Of a stretch of 64,000 bases of DNA, positions 1 to 11,974 are shown in pieces. The translations under genes were made by a program, and so were the position numbers. The stretch is from Squalus acanthias (Eukaryota). The stretch lies in contig JASTWF010000036.1 of NCBI GenBank assembly GCA_030390025.1, forward strand, positions 1,550,001 through 1,614,000, read 5' to 3'. Below the pieces are notes generated by a model. The model saw only the letters and a program-made list of their open reading frames with translations, had not been told where the DNA came from and did no database searches. The stretch's first letter is position 1, and each line of letters starts with the position of its first letter.

Positions 1-1440
1 CTGAGCTAATTATTTACTGCAGTCACGCAGCATTCCGCAAGTCAAAGGTGGCAAATAGTCAAAATGAATGCATGACAGGTCCAGCGTTAATGCCAAATTG
101 GGAACATAATTTTCTGCATTTACCAAAGAGCATATGCTCTATGCATCACTGCAGGCGGCTGCCTGGGATACTCTGTAGCTACAGGTACAGAAGCAGCGGT
201 AATATAAGTAGCTGTCTACAGATAAGTGAAGAATATGGTCTTTACTAATGGAGATAATTGTAGTTATTGGATGCACCACAGCTCAAACATGGTGCATTAG
301 CATTGCACTTTCTGAGAAGGGTCACTGCATGCTCGTTCATTTGAAAATATGTTTTATATCCACATTTCTCAGTATCTCCGACTTGTGGAAGAGAAACTGT
401 ATCAGTCAATTCTTCTGTCCTGTTTCCTCTCAATGTTTTCTCTCCTGCATCTCCACTATCCAGTCTTGCCAGAAAGGTGGGATGTTGAAGCACCTCAGCA
501 TTGCTCCTATTGCTTCTTGCTTGATGCCCTCCCACCCCCACAACCTGAGATTCACCAGAATGATACCAGGGCTTATAGAGTTAAATTAAACATTGCCTAA
601 CTTGGCTTTATTATTGCTTTAAAGTCCACTCTCTTTCTTTCCCTCTCTTTATTCCTCTTTGTCTCAAATTTGACTCTAATTCACCCGATTTCTTTCTCCA
701 TCTTCCGCTCTGTTTCTTTCTCTATCTTTTTCTTTCATTGCTTAAGGAGACAGACAATTGGACACGACGTTCAGGAGGTCCCAGTTGCGACATTGAGCTC
801 ACTGCGCTGTTAGCGGATCAACGTTCCAGCAAATTGCGCCACAAATATAGCGCGATGTCAATGGTGAGCATAAAAAGTCCAATTAACGTCGGTCGCTGCC
901 AAAACCTGCCAATGCAGCAATTTCCGACCCACTATAATATGGATTTCACTCCGCAAGCTATTGTGTGCTCAGATACTGCAGGCAATGTAGGGGAAGGGCT
1001 GTTGTGGAGATGGGGGCATCCATCACACCACACATATGGCCATGAGTCAATAAACTGAGCACATTTGTCATTAGGAAATTTCTCCGGATAAATAACTTAT
1101 TATTACACTTCAAGGAGAGCAGTCCTGTGACTGTTTTTATGGAGACTGTTCACCTCTGATACCAGGCTCAGCGAGTTTCGAAATTAGCTCAGAGTTTAAA
1201 ACAGAGCGCAATGTTGTTATTTATGAATGCTCTCGGGCCTGCATAACCAGATAACATGTTGAATTATGGTGTGTGTGAAGAAAGGAAAGTGTCTCCATAC
1301 TCTTATTGATATCGATTGGATTCTGGTGAGGACCTCCAGCTATTGGCACATCACCTCAATGGTGAAGGTTAACAAAGCCGTAGGTATTGCTTCTTCAAAA
1401 AATGTAGCATATTTTGCACTCTTCGTGTGAGAGTGCCAGT

Positions 1441-1603
1441 ATTAGCATTGAATACTCCCAGTTCACCATTTATTAGCAGTAGGGTAAAGCAACACAACAC
1501 GAGCCTCTTCACTCCAGTCTGAGAGGAGCGTTGCTGGGGTAGTGTTGTTGTCGCTTTAGCCTACCCTTAATAAATGTTGAACTTCGGAGAGCTCAATGTT
1601 AAT
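1441..1603. repeat. Imperfect long palindrome/hairpin (possible ancient MITE-like element)
   Basis: Left arm ATTAGCATTGAATACTCCCAGTTCACCATTTATTAGCAGTAGGGTAAAGCAACACAACAC (1441-1500) aligns to the reverse complement of ~1542-1603 (ATTAACATTGAGCTCTCCGAAGTTCAACATTTATTAAGGGTAGGCTAAAGCGACAACAACAC). Confidence 0.8.
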
Positions 1604-2689
1604 TCTACTCCACCAGTGAGAGATTTCCATACACTGCGGATATCGTACTTGTCATCTCTCTGTCTGAGACCTACAATTTAATGCTGAATTTTGAGCAAAT
1701 TTGTTCTATTGATTCATGGCAGGAATTAGAGGTTGCCCGACTGAACAAAGGCTGATATTGATACAAAGCCTCCTATCCAAAAGCGCCAGACTTCAACTAT
1801 AAAGCGAACCGTTGCTCTTTCCCAGTGGTATCAGGCCTACACCAAGATTAAATCTATCCCTCAAAAGAAATGTACTGTAGCCGACAATCCCCTGCCAGGA
1901 AGCCCTGATCAGGATGACTGAAATACATCTTTTTCTAAATACTCTCCAGGGTTGAAAGTGAGAGTCTTTCTTTTGAACATGTTGCCCTGTTGCGTTGAAG
2001 TTGAGATCCCTGTCAAGGCCACGTCAGGGATTCTGACAACACGTTACGTTGCTTCCCAGCAGCAAGGTGGACGTTCTCAACATTGCTATTCTTATAAACC
2101 AACTCTAGTCCACAGTTTGAGTCTGTGATGTGGTTGCAGCTTTACATCGACACCAAAGGGTAAATTGATGCTTGGAGATAGGGCTACAGCATTGTACACT
2201 GATTCTCTGGCCTGTGCTGAGCTGGATCATCAGGGACAAGAAAGTAGGGAGCAAGTCAGTACTTCAGTACTATAGTGGCTCATCCAATTAAATTGAGCAT
2301 ACCGCACTGAAGAAAAACAATTTCAAGAGGACAGCATTCCTGCTGCTGGTATTTATAAGGTCTCTCTTCTGCTCTTTGCTGTGCCAGGCATGAACAGCCA
2401 TTGACTAAGTTTTATGCTCATTGGCTAAGAATGTTAAGAAACGCCTCTGTGCTGTAAATGCTGTAATATTTTAGATACAGACTTGCACTGAGTGTGACGC
2501 TGGGACTTGGGAAATGGAAGCGAATGAGGTAAGCATAGCGTGTGGGAAGCAGCAAGGAGATAGGGGTGCACGAACGGGAAGTGAACCGTGCAAATGTTTC
2601 GGTCGATCCAAAGTTATTCTCTCTCTTTGTGCTTGGTCTATGCAACACTGTCGGGATTATCGGCCGACTGCAGCTTGGGTCCTACTTAG

Positions 2690-3385
2690 AGGAGTTAAAG
2701 AAGTAGAGCAGGGAATTGTCCCAGTGTCCTGGGCCAACATTCCTCCCTCAACCAACACCACCAAAAACAGACGAACTGGTCATTCATCTCATTGCTGTTT
2801 TTGGGATCTTACTGTACGTCACGTGGCTGCTGCAATTGCCTACATAACAGTCACCGTGCTCAAAAGGATGAACAGGCTGGGGCTCCTTTCTCTCGAAAAG
2901 AGAAGGCTGAGGGGTGACCTGATAGAGGTCTTTAGGATTATGAAAGGGTGTCGATAGGCTAGACGTAGAGAAGATGTTTCCACTTGTGGGGGAGATCAAA
3001 ACTAGGGGCCATCGATATAAGATAGTCACTAATAAATCCAATGGGGAATTCAGGAGAAACTTCTTTACCCAGAGAGTGGAGAGAATGTGGAACTCGCTAC
3101 CACAGGGAGTGGTTGAGGTGAATAGCACAGATGCATTTAAGGGGGAAGCTGGATAAACACATGAGGGAGAAAGGAATAGAAGGTTATGGTGATAGGGTGA
3201 GATGAAGTAGGGGTGGGAGGAGGCTCGTGTGGAGCATAAACACCGGCATGGACCAGTTGGGCCGAATGGCCTGTTTCTGTGCTGTACATTCTATGGAATT
3301 CTATGTAAAGTAATTAATTGTATGCAAAGTGCCTTGAGATGTTTCTGAGAGATGTGATAAGGTGCTGCATAATATGTCTTTCTTT
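2690..3385 (+). mobile_element. DeuSINE (SacSINE1-like) 3' part, split by a CR1 insertion
   Basis: 2690-2860 and ~3306-3385 match, in reverse orientation, the SINE copies at 12620-13085 and elsewhere (GTGTCCTGGGCCAACATT...CATTGCTGTTTTTGGGATCTT...; tail ...GTGATAAGGTGCTGCATAAT...TCTTTCTTT). Confidence 0.65.
2862..3305 (+). mobile_element. CR1 LINE 3' fragment (ORF2 C-terminus plus tail)
   Basis: Translates to LGLLSLEKRRLRGDLIEVFRIMKG...TRGHRYK...RNFFTQRVERMWNSLP, followed by the 3' hairpin/ATTCTATG-type tail. Confidence 0.9.
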
Positions 3386-3740
3386 AAAACTTGAATGCAC
3401 TGTAATGAGAGATATTATAATGGGGTAGGAATTATGTTAATTTTGTATTGGAGAACAAAAGGCATAAAATCGCACAGGCACTTACCAGCAAAGGCATAAC
3501 TGCAGATTGCAGGCAGGCCCAGATTGTCCTCAACTCTTGGGCATGGAGCTTACTCTGTCCCATAAGGGTGGCACCCTGCCCTGTAAGGGTTCATGCCCCA
3601 TAATAGTAGCAGCTTCTGCATAATACTGACAGTGACTGACCAGGATGAATACGAGCCTCCACAGAGGAACAAAGAGAAAGTAACAGAAAAAGAGGGAGCA
3701 GGGAGAACTACTAGTGTGCGGGGAAGGATCGCATTTCACT

Positions 3741-4176
3741 GTACTACTACTTCGTCTGGCTGATGTAGATGTAAAGCAACAACTATAATTTTATATTCAG
3801 GTGGTTGAGCCAGATAATTGCGCCAGGAGTAGCGGAGTGTATCGTTGTGATGCCTCCTTCGTATTTGTGAATCGGGCATTGAGTCGTTCTATGTTCCATG
3901 CTCTGTTCTGGGTGACCACAGTCGCACCCTGGAGAGTTTTCAATTATCCGTTTGTGCATCAAGTCTCTGCATCTGCCATGGTTTGTGCGGATGCGGTTTA
4001 GGGTTGTCCATAAGCTTTGTGGAAGATCGAAGCCGGGGGTCTTCCGTGTCGGGTCTTTCACGAGGTGTCTGTGACTTCTTGTGAACTCCATTCGGCTTTC
4101 CAAGCATCATCAGGGTTGGATTCGCATTGTCGAAGGTTAAGCGCATGGGTCCAATAAACTGGCGTGGGGCTGTCAC
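3741..4176 (-). mobile_element. Ingi/Vingi-like (I-group) non-LTR retrotransposon 3' fragment
   Basis: ORF 3783-4103(-) PGFDLPQSLWTTLNRIRTNHGRC...CDCGHPEQSMEHRTTQCP contains a CxC-x7-H-x4-C zinc knuckle. A short 3' UTR ends GCCAGACGAAGTAGTAGTA, resembling the Ingi/Vingi tail. Confidence 0.7.
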
Positions 4177-4557
4177 ACATCTGCTTTTGACTTAGACAGT
4201 TTTATTGGAGCCAATTTTCTTGAAGATGCAAAGTGGACACTCAAAGTCAGATTTTTTTTTAACAAGCATTTCTCACTTACTTTTGTATCTTATAATCTGG
4301 AGATGTTAGTTATAAAGCTGACTTTCAATGAATCTTCAGTGGTCGAAGACGAAACATAGGCGCTCAAGTCATGATCCCAACCCTGCCTCGTTCTCTACTC
4401 TAAAAGGTCCAACCTCCAGCTCCCTCCCCAGTTGGTTTTTGGACTTGGCAAAGACAGCAACACGAATGAGCTGGGAGAAGCAGTGTGAATCATTTTTCCT
4501 CCCCTTGCAGGTCCCACTGCTCCCAGAGCTAGAAATAGAAGACATAATACCCTGGGA

Positions 4558-4865
4558 GACATACAACCCTCCGAGATCTCTGCACTCCTCCAATTCTGAC
4601 CTCCTACGCATCCCCGATTTTAATCGCTCCACCATTGGTGGCTGTGCCTTCAGCTGCCTGGGCCCTAAGCTCTGGAATTCCCTCCCTAAACCTCTCCGCC
4701 TCGCTACCTAACTCTCAACTCCTTTTAAGACGTTCCTTAAAACCTACCTCTGTCCTAATATCTCCTGATGTGGCTCAATGCCAAATTTTGTCTGATAACA
4801 CTCCTGTGAAGCGCCTGGGGACATTTTACTACGTTAAAGGCGCTGTATCAATACAAGTTGTTGTT
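4558..4865 (+). mobile_element. L2 LINE 3' fragment
   Basis: YNPPRSLHSSNS...RSTIGGCAFSCLGPKLWNSLP, plus tail GTGAAGCGCCTGGGGACATTTTACTACGTTAAAGGCGCT...GTTGTTGTT. Same family as 21660-22422. Confidence 0.85.
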
Positions 4866-5392
4866 TTTGGTGGGAAAAAAGATAAACAAGTTAAGCATAG
4901 TTGGGAGAAACGGTCCTCAGCACCAGACATTCTAACATGTTTACGTCTTGAAAATATGAAATCTCAAATTAGATGCAGTTTATTAAGCATGGAGATACTT
5001 CAAAGTAAAGTTCATCATTTTGCAAAGCAGGCCGGAATTTAAATAAGTTACCGAATCTTTGCTAATGTCCTGCAGGGATTGTTTTGTACTGAGTTTGTAC
5101 ACAGCCTCCCACTCTGTGAAGCTGCTGTCTCAAGAGGAGACTTCAAAGCTTCCTTTGTAGCTAAATCTTGACAAGTCTTCAGAGTGAGAAGGTCATAGGT
5201 CAGGCTCCCTGTTTCCATTGGGAACAGTGGATTTGATTTGCAACAAGTATCGTAACCATACTGACCGAGGCTGGCCTGATTTTCAAACTGATTGACTTTT
5301 CTTGTTGCAGAATGGAGGTAAAAGTATAAACTAGTTAGCCTGCTGCGGCAGATCTCAAATCATTCCCATTTTCTTTAGCCTAAGGGAATTAG

Positions 5393-5562
5393 TATTACAT
5401 AGAATTACATGGTATTTACAGCACAGAAACAGGCCATTCGGCCCAACTGGTCTATGCCGGGGTTTATGCTCCACATGAGCCTCCTCCCACCCCTCTTCAT
5501 CTCACCCTATCAGCATATCCTTCTATTCCTTTCTCCCTCACATGCTTAAATGCATCTATGCT
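5393..5562 (-). mobile_element. CR1 LINE 3' tail fragment
   Basis: Reverse complement of the tail at 3180-3305 (CAGCACAGAAACAGGCCATTCGGCCCAACTGG...). Confidence 0.8.
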
Positions 5563-5837
5563 AGTAATTATTATTAATGACAGGAAAGTATTTCTGGCTC
5601 TATGAAATATCCAAATTATTCGATGGTCCTGTGTCTTCCCTCCTCATTTGGTTTCATAATATTTGCTATTTTAAAGTACATTTCAGAGAGACTGGGTGAA
5701 GCAGTGCATTAAATGACTGCCTCCTCACCTCTGGGGCCCAGGTGCTCAGTTTCCTCTTTGCGATGCCCTTTCTGATATTGGGTGAGAGCATATACGGGAA
5801 CCAACTCGCTTTCAATCCAGTTCCCAGTGGCTTTATA

Positions 5838-6398
5838 CATAGCTGGTTAGACCTCAGCTGGAGTATTGTGTCCAATTCTGGGCACCACACTTTAGGAAGG
5901 GTGTCAAGACTTTGGAGAGGGTGCAGAGCAGATTTACCAGAATGGTTCCAGGGATGAGGGAATTCAGTGATGTGGAGAGACTGGAGAAGCTGGGGTTGTT
6001 CTCCTCCGAGCAAAGAAGGTTAAGGGGTGATTTAATAGAGGTGTTCAAAATCATGAGGGGTTTTGATAGAGTAGAGAGGGAGAAACTGTTTCCAGTGGCA
6101 GGAGGGTCGGTAACCAGAGGACACAGATTTAAGGGAATTGGCAAAAAAGTCAGGGGGGAGATGAGGAGAATTTTTTTTACTCAGTGAGTTGCTATGGTCT
6201 GGAACGCGCTGCCTGAAAGGGCGGTGGAAGCAGATTCAATAGTAACTTTCAAAAGGGAATTGGATAGTTACATAAAAAGGAAAAATTTGCAGGGCTATGG
6301 TAAAAAGCAGGGGAGTGGGACTAATTGGATAGCTCCTGCAGAAAGCCGGCACAGTAACGATGGGCCGAATGGCCTCCTTCTGTGCTCTATGATTCTAT
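5838..6398 (+). mobile_element. CR1 LINE 3' fragment
   Basis: LVRPQLEYCVQF...ERVQSRFTRMVPG...RRLRGDLIEVFKIMRG...WNALP with an in-frame stop; tail CTATGATTCTAT. Confidence 0.9.
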
Positions 6399-6895
6399 AT
6401 ATTGGACGGCAATGGGATTAGGAGAGAAACTTTCAAAACATGCTCCACAGCGCAACCTAGCAGCCAGAGCTCGCATTGTGACTGTTGACATATTAATATG
6501 GAATGGGAAATGTTGATATGGCAGTTTACAATGGTAAACATTGACGTGGAAGCGTGACCAAAAATCATAACAACAGTAAGTGTGCGTGCCACGTAAGGTT
6601 TTAAAAAATATATTAGTCAATGTCCCGTGGCATTGCACATGGGGAATCAAGAGCAAGTGTAGTCTTAGGTGAAGCGGAGATAGAGGGCGGGAGATAATTG
6701 GACCAAGGCACCAGCTGTAAGATTTTTAACACGGTATGCCCTTATTTTCAAATAATGCATTAATTTTATATTATTATTTGTAGATAAATCCCCCAAAAAT
6801 CTTCCAGCAATTGGGAAGCAGAGAAGTAGAGTTGATTGGAGCAGAGGAGATTCTCCGCAATATAGGCTGAGGCACTGCGAGACGTTACAGCACCA

Positions 6896-6949
6896 CCACT
6901 GGAGCACTGGCAGTGCCTCCACTGGAGCACTGGCAGTGCCTCCACTGGA
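6896..6949. repeat. 23-bp tandem duplication (about 2.3 copies)
   Basis: CCACTGGAGCACTGGCAGTGCCT x2 followed by CCACTGGA. Confidence 0.9.
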
Positions 6950-7603
6950 TGGAGGGTATAGTTGCAGCGTGGCACATTGACGTTGGCAGTTCCCATTATA
7001 AATATGGACACAGGAATTTGTAACCGGAAATAGTTGACACAAAAATGTGACAACAGGAAATAAAGTTTTGTAGACAGGAAGTGCACGGAAATGTAGGGTT
7101 TTTAATATATTATAGATATAGATGTCTGAAACAGAGAAATGTGTTTCCTCAGCTGTAAGGGCAGTTTAATACAGTAGGGGTTCGAAACAATTTTAAGAAG
7201 CATGGCATAGTGCCAAAGCCACTTGTCAACATTGAGAATGTTAAAATACTGATTTACATTCCTGTAAAAATGAAGGCCCGAGGCAACAGTCAGAGTGGCC
7301 CGGGGAGGCAGCGTGCGGAGCAGGTTGTCATGGTGGTACATTTGTACTCTTAACTGGCCCCCGTTGGCTACTGATATTCTTAACTATCTGCAGGCCTTGA
7401 ACCACATTTTCTGCGTAACATGCTTTCTGCCGCACTTCCAGCAAATTCCCGCCAATGTTCTCTCCGTTGCTAGTTCAGTACCATGACCACTGCACTACCG
7501 TATGCCAAGTATATAATGGTTGTTCTCAGCCCTAGCCCTCTCCTTCTGTCTCTCTATCTCTCTTGTCTCATCTCTCTTTCTCTGTCTCTCTCTCTCTCCA
7601 TCT

Positions 7604-9050
7604 ATCAGAGAGTCAGGATAAATGGGTCATTTTCAGGTTGGCAAACTGCAACTAGTGGGGTGCCACAGGGATCAGTGCTGGGGCCTCAACTATTTACAAT
7701 CTATATTAATGACTTGGATGAAGGGACCGAGTGTACTGTAGCCATATTTGATGATGATACAAAGATAGGTGGGAAAGCAAGTTGTGAGGAGGACACAAAG
7801 AATCTGCAAAGGGTATACAGGAAACTCTCTTTTAACCGGCACCCAAATAACCGGAAATCTCTCTTAACCGGCAAAATTCTTGAGTTGGTAACCGGGGTTT
7901 TCCTTCATCTCTCCTTTAAAAATAACTTTTTAAAAAACCCCGAGGCGTTTGCCTTGTATCGGAGCGTGTAGATTGGGAGGGGAATGTGCAGCCCGGGTAG
8001 GCAGCGGACACGACAGATGGTCAGCTGGCGGTCCCCGGGGAGATGGAGCTCCGAATGCAGGCGCATGTCAGTGTGTACGGGGCTCTCGTACGTTGGGAGA
8101 TATAACTCTCCGTTATCCGGACTTTTTGATTAACCGGCACCACGCCGGTCCTGTCGGTGCCGGTTAATAAAGAGTTTCCTGTAGATAGGTTAAGTGAGTG
8201 GGCAAACATTTGGCAGATGGAGTATAATGTGGGAAAATGTGAGGTTATCCACTTTGATAGGAAAAATAAAAAAGCAAATTATTATTTAACTTATTTAATA
8301 ATAAGAGAGACTACAAAATGCTGCGGTACAGAGGGATCTGGGGGTCCTTGTACATGAAACACAAAAAGTTAGCATGCAGGTACAGCAAGTAATCAGGAAG
8401 ACAAATGGAATGTTGGCCTTTATTGCAAGGGGGTTGGAGTATAAAAGCAGGGAAGTCTTACTACAACTGTACATAGCGTTGGTGAGACCACACCTGGAGT
8501 ACTGCGTACAGTTTTGGTCTCCTTATTTAAGGAGGGATATACTTGCATTGGAGGCAGTTCAGAGAAGGTTCACGAGGTTGATTCCGGAGTTGAAGGGGTT
8601 ATCTTATGAGGAAAGGTTGAGCAGGTTGGGCCTATACTCATTGAAGTTTAGAAGAATGAGAGGTGATCTTATTGAAACATATAAGATTCTGAGGGGGCTC
8701 GACAGGGTAGATGCAGAGAGGATGTTTCCCCTCGTGGGGGAATCTAGAACTAGGGGGCATAATTTCAGAATAAGGGGGCACCCTTTTAAAATGGAGATGA
8801 GGAGGAATTTCTTCTCTCAGAGGGTCGTGAATCTTTGGAATTCTCTTCCCCAGAGAGCAGTGGAGGCTGGGTCATTGAATATATTTAAGGTGGAGATAGA
8901 CAGATTTTTGAACGATAAGGGAGTCAAGGGTTATGGGGAGTGGGCAGGGAAGTGAAGTTGAGGCCAAGATCAGATCAGCCATGATCTTATTGAATGGCGG
9001 AGCAGGCTCGAGGGTTCAAATGACCTACTCCTGCTCCTACTTCTTATGTT
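7604..9050 (+). mobile_element. CR1 LINE, 5'-truncated (RT domain to tail), interrupted by a MITE
   Basis: SGVPQGSVLGPQLFTIYINDL...FDDDTK (decayed FADDTK motif), then WQMEYNVGKCEVIHF and ORF 8374-8955 with LVRPHLEYCVQFWSP...RGDLIETYKI...WNSLP. Confidence 0.95.
7818..8181. mobile_element. Tc1/mariner (Tigger/pogo-like) MITE with TA target duplication
   Basis: 26-bp TIRs CAGGAAACTCTCTTTTAACCGGCACC and GGTGCCGGTTAATAAAGAGTTTCCTG, flanked by TA at 7816-7817 and 8182-8183. Removing it rejoins the CR1 sequence (..NLQR / DRLSEWA..). Confidence 0.9.
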
Positions 9051-9275
9051 CTTTCTGTCTCTCTCTCTCTCTCTCTGTCTCTATCCTGCTTTCAGGACTC
9101 TCTGTGCTCAGGATTCTATCTTTCTCTCCCTCTCTTGGCTCTCAGGAATCTCTCTCTCTCTGTGCTCTCAGGACTCTCTCTATCCTGTTTGTGAGTTTCT
9201 CTCTCTCTATCTCTCTATCTGTCTGTCTCTTTATGCTACTCTCAGGACTCTCTCCCTCTCTGTGTTCATCCCAGG
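9050..9275. repeat. CT-rich low-complexity tract with recurring CTCAGGA(C/T)TCT motif
   Basis: (CT)n runs punctuated by TCAGGACTCTCT, TCAGGATTCT and TCAGGAATCTCT. Confidence 0.75.
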
Positions 9276-9721
9276 ACAATCACAGTGTAAATGTATCCAT
9301 GCCAACACTGCCATCCTGTGGTGGACTATCACAGTGTAAATGACACTACTGCCACTCTGGTGCTCTATCACAAATGTATCTGTGCAAACACTCCCATCCT
9401 GTGGCGCTATCACAAATGCTTCCTTTGTCGGTCATGTCTCATTTCCACTACAGTATTTTTTCACCAACCTTTTTAAAGAAAAGCCTGTTTTCCATTTAGT
9501 TGGGACCTGAATACAAAGTATCTTTTTAAAATGGAAACAAGGGGCTTTTGTGATGAAATGATGAGACAGGACAGCCCTCAATGTAGGCTTCTCCCAATAT
9601 CATTTTACACTTCAATAAGACAAACCTATCAGCAACTATCCAGCCATTGTATCAGGATACGTCTAAGGCAGCTGAGTCCAGTCCACTTTTGCAAAGTATT
9701 CCCCACCAACTTCTGGGGATT

Positions 9722-10161
9722 AGAAACATAAACATAGAAACATAGAATCTAGGAGCAGGAGTAGGCCATTCGGCCCATCGAGCCTGCTCCACCATTCAAT
9801 ACGATCATGGCTGATCATCCAAATCCAGTACCCTGTCCCTGCTTTAATCCCCACAGTACACATATCCCACCCTACCCCCGTAACCCCACGTATTTAATTC
9901 CCCCTAACATATCCCATCCTATCCCCATAACCCCACATATTTAATCCCCCCCTAACACTAAGGGTCAATTTATCATAGCCAAATCAACCTAACCCGCACA
10001 TTTTTGGACTGTGGGAGGAAACCGGAGCACCCGGAGGAAACCCACGCAGACACGGGGAGAATGTGCAAACTCCACACAGACAGTCACCCGAGGTCAGATT
10101 CGAACCCGGGTCCCTGGCGCTGTGAGGCACCAGTGCTAACCACTATGTCACCGTGTTGCCC
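9722..10161 (-). mobile_element. HE1-like V-SINE (tRNA-derived head, V-domain, CR1-type tail), near full length
   Basis: Minus strand begins GGGCAACACGGTGACATAGTGGTTAGCACTGG...GGTTCGAATC (A and B boxes). The V-domain reads on + as TGTGGGAGGAAACCGGAGCACCCGGAGGAAACCCACGCAGACACGGGGAGAATGTGCAAACTCCACACAGA. There is an internal ~47-bp duplication at 9861-9955 and a CR1-like tail at 9722-9820. Confidence 0.85.
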
Positions 10162-10184
10162 TAATTAATTAATTAATGCCCAAA

Positions 10185-11670
10185 TTGGGAGAGCTGCCCC
10201 ACAGACTAGTCAAGCAACAGCCTTACATAGTCAGACACACAGAATCATATTGACCAGCATATCCGACACCTCCATCACCATCCCTGGGTATGTCCTCTCC
10301 TGTCCCACCGGCAGGACAGACCCACTAGAGGTGGGGGCACAGTAGTATACAGTCTGGTGGGAGTGGCCCTGAGAGTACTCGATATTGACTCCGGACCCCA
10401 TGAAGTCTCATGGCATCTGGTCAAACCTCCTGCTGAATACCACCTACCTCCCTCCCTCAGCTGATGAAGCAGTACTCCTCCATGTTGAACATCACTTGGA
10501 GGAAGCACTGAGGCTAACAAAGGCACAGAATGTACTCTGGGTGGGGGCCATCAATGTCCATCACCAAGAGTGGCTCGGTAGCACCAACAATGACTGAGCT
10601 GGCCGAGTCCTGAAGGACATAGCTGCCAGACTGGGCCTGCATTAGGCGGTGAGGGAACCAATACAAGGATGCAAACGACTTGACCTTCCCATTACCAATC
10701 TACCTGTCGCAGACACATCTGTCCATGATTACATTGACAGAAGTGACCACCGCACAGTCCATGTGAAGACAAAGTCTCATCTCCACGTGAGGGCATCATC
10801 CGTCGTGTCATGTGGCACTACCACTGTGATAAGTGTGACGGACTAAGGACAGATTTAGCAGCCCAAAAAGTGGGCATCCATGAGGTGCAGTGGGCCATCA
10901 GCAGCAACAGAATTGTATATCACCACAATCTGTAACCTCATTATCCAACATATTCCTCACTCCTTGATCACCATTAAGCCTGGTTCAATGCGGAGCGTAG
11001 AAGGGTGTGCCGGGAGCAGCACTAACATACTTTAGAATGAGGTACCAGCCTAGTGAAGCAACTATACAGAGATACCTGCATGTTAAACACCAAAAGCAGC
11101 AGGGTATAGACAGAGCTAATTGGTCCCACAACCAATGGATCAGAGCAAGGTTCTGTAGCCCTATCATATTGAGAATGGTGGTGGACAACCAGGCGACTAA
11201 CAGGAGGAAGAGACTCCTTGAACATTCCCATCCTCAAACGTGAGTATAAGAAACAAAGTTAAAGTGTCTTCAGCTAAAAGTTCTGGGTGACATTATTCCT
11301 GATGAGCTTCCCACCATCTTAGAAGCCAGTGTGCAGTCAATTCAGTTCAGTCCACCTGCCATTAAGGAGAGACTGAACACAGCAAAGGCTATGGGCCCCG
11401 ACAACGTCCTGGCTGTAGTACTAAAGACCTGTGCATCAGAGCTAGCCGCTGCCCTTGCCAAGCTGTTCCAGTACTCCTATCACACTGGCATCTACCCGAC
11501 AATGTAGAAGATTTCCCAGGTGTGTCCTATCCACAAAAAAACAGGATAAATCTAAGCCAGCCAATTACTGACCTATCAGCCTCCTCCCAATCATCCGTAA
11601 AGTGATGGAAGGAGTCATTAATAGTGTCATCAAGCAACACGTATTCGTCAATAACTTGGGCACCGATGCA
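10185..11670 (+). mobile_element. Decayed CR1-group LINE of a second family: APE endonuclease plus start of RT
   Basis: Frameshifted motifs ITIPGY, RQDRPTRGGGTVVYS, TTYLPPS, VLWVG(D)INVHH, LDL..TN, SDHRTV, then KAMGPDNV..VVLKTCA.ELA..LAKLFQ and KKQDKSKPANY*PISLL. Confidence 0.85.
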
Positions 11671-11974
11671 CTTTGATGTGTAGTGATGACATGATGGGGC
11701 TCAGATGTGATACCCTTCACAGTCAAAAAACCTGTGGACAGTCACTGTCCCAATTCACACCTGAAGAATGACCAATTGGGCAAGGCACTGGCGGCCTGTA
11801 ATCAAGCAAGCATGCCCAGCATGAGTGAACGTCTCCAGAACTGGAGGGGAGAAAATTGGGTAGGCGGGTGTGAGCGGTGGAGGGGACAGGGGGAAAGACA
11901 AGATCAACATTGATGAGGGCCAGCCTTGACAGATGGGCTCAAAGCCCCTCCCTTCAGTGACAATTAAAGGTCAT

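Noticed and set aside
1625..1636. TTCCATACACTG (also ATGGAACCCATG near 15817) as dispersed seeds of the satellite
   Set aside because: These are only ~12-bp matches with no flanking similarity, compatible with chance.
3487..3656. Minus-strand exon bounded by a pyrimidine tract and a GTAAGT donor
   Set aside because: All three frames contain stops, and a non-coding exon cannot be supported from sequence alone.
4492..4560. Strong-looking acceptor TTTTTCCTCCCCTTGCAG followed by VPLLPELEIEDIIPWE as a host exon
   Set aside because: The frame runs straight into an L2 fragment, with no donor site and no recognisable protein.
8374..8955. 193-aa ORF (and the 225-aa ORF at 26823-27500) as host genes
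   Set aside because: Both are C-terminal parts of CR1 ORF2 in 5'-truncated copies.
10090..10161. tRNA gene
   Set aside because: The A and B boxes belong to the head of the HE1-like SINE, and the same applies to the DeuSINE heads. No complete cloverleaf.
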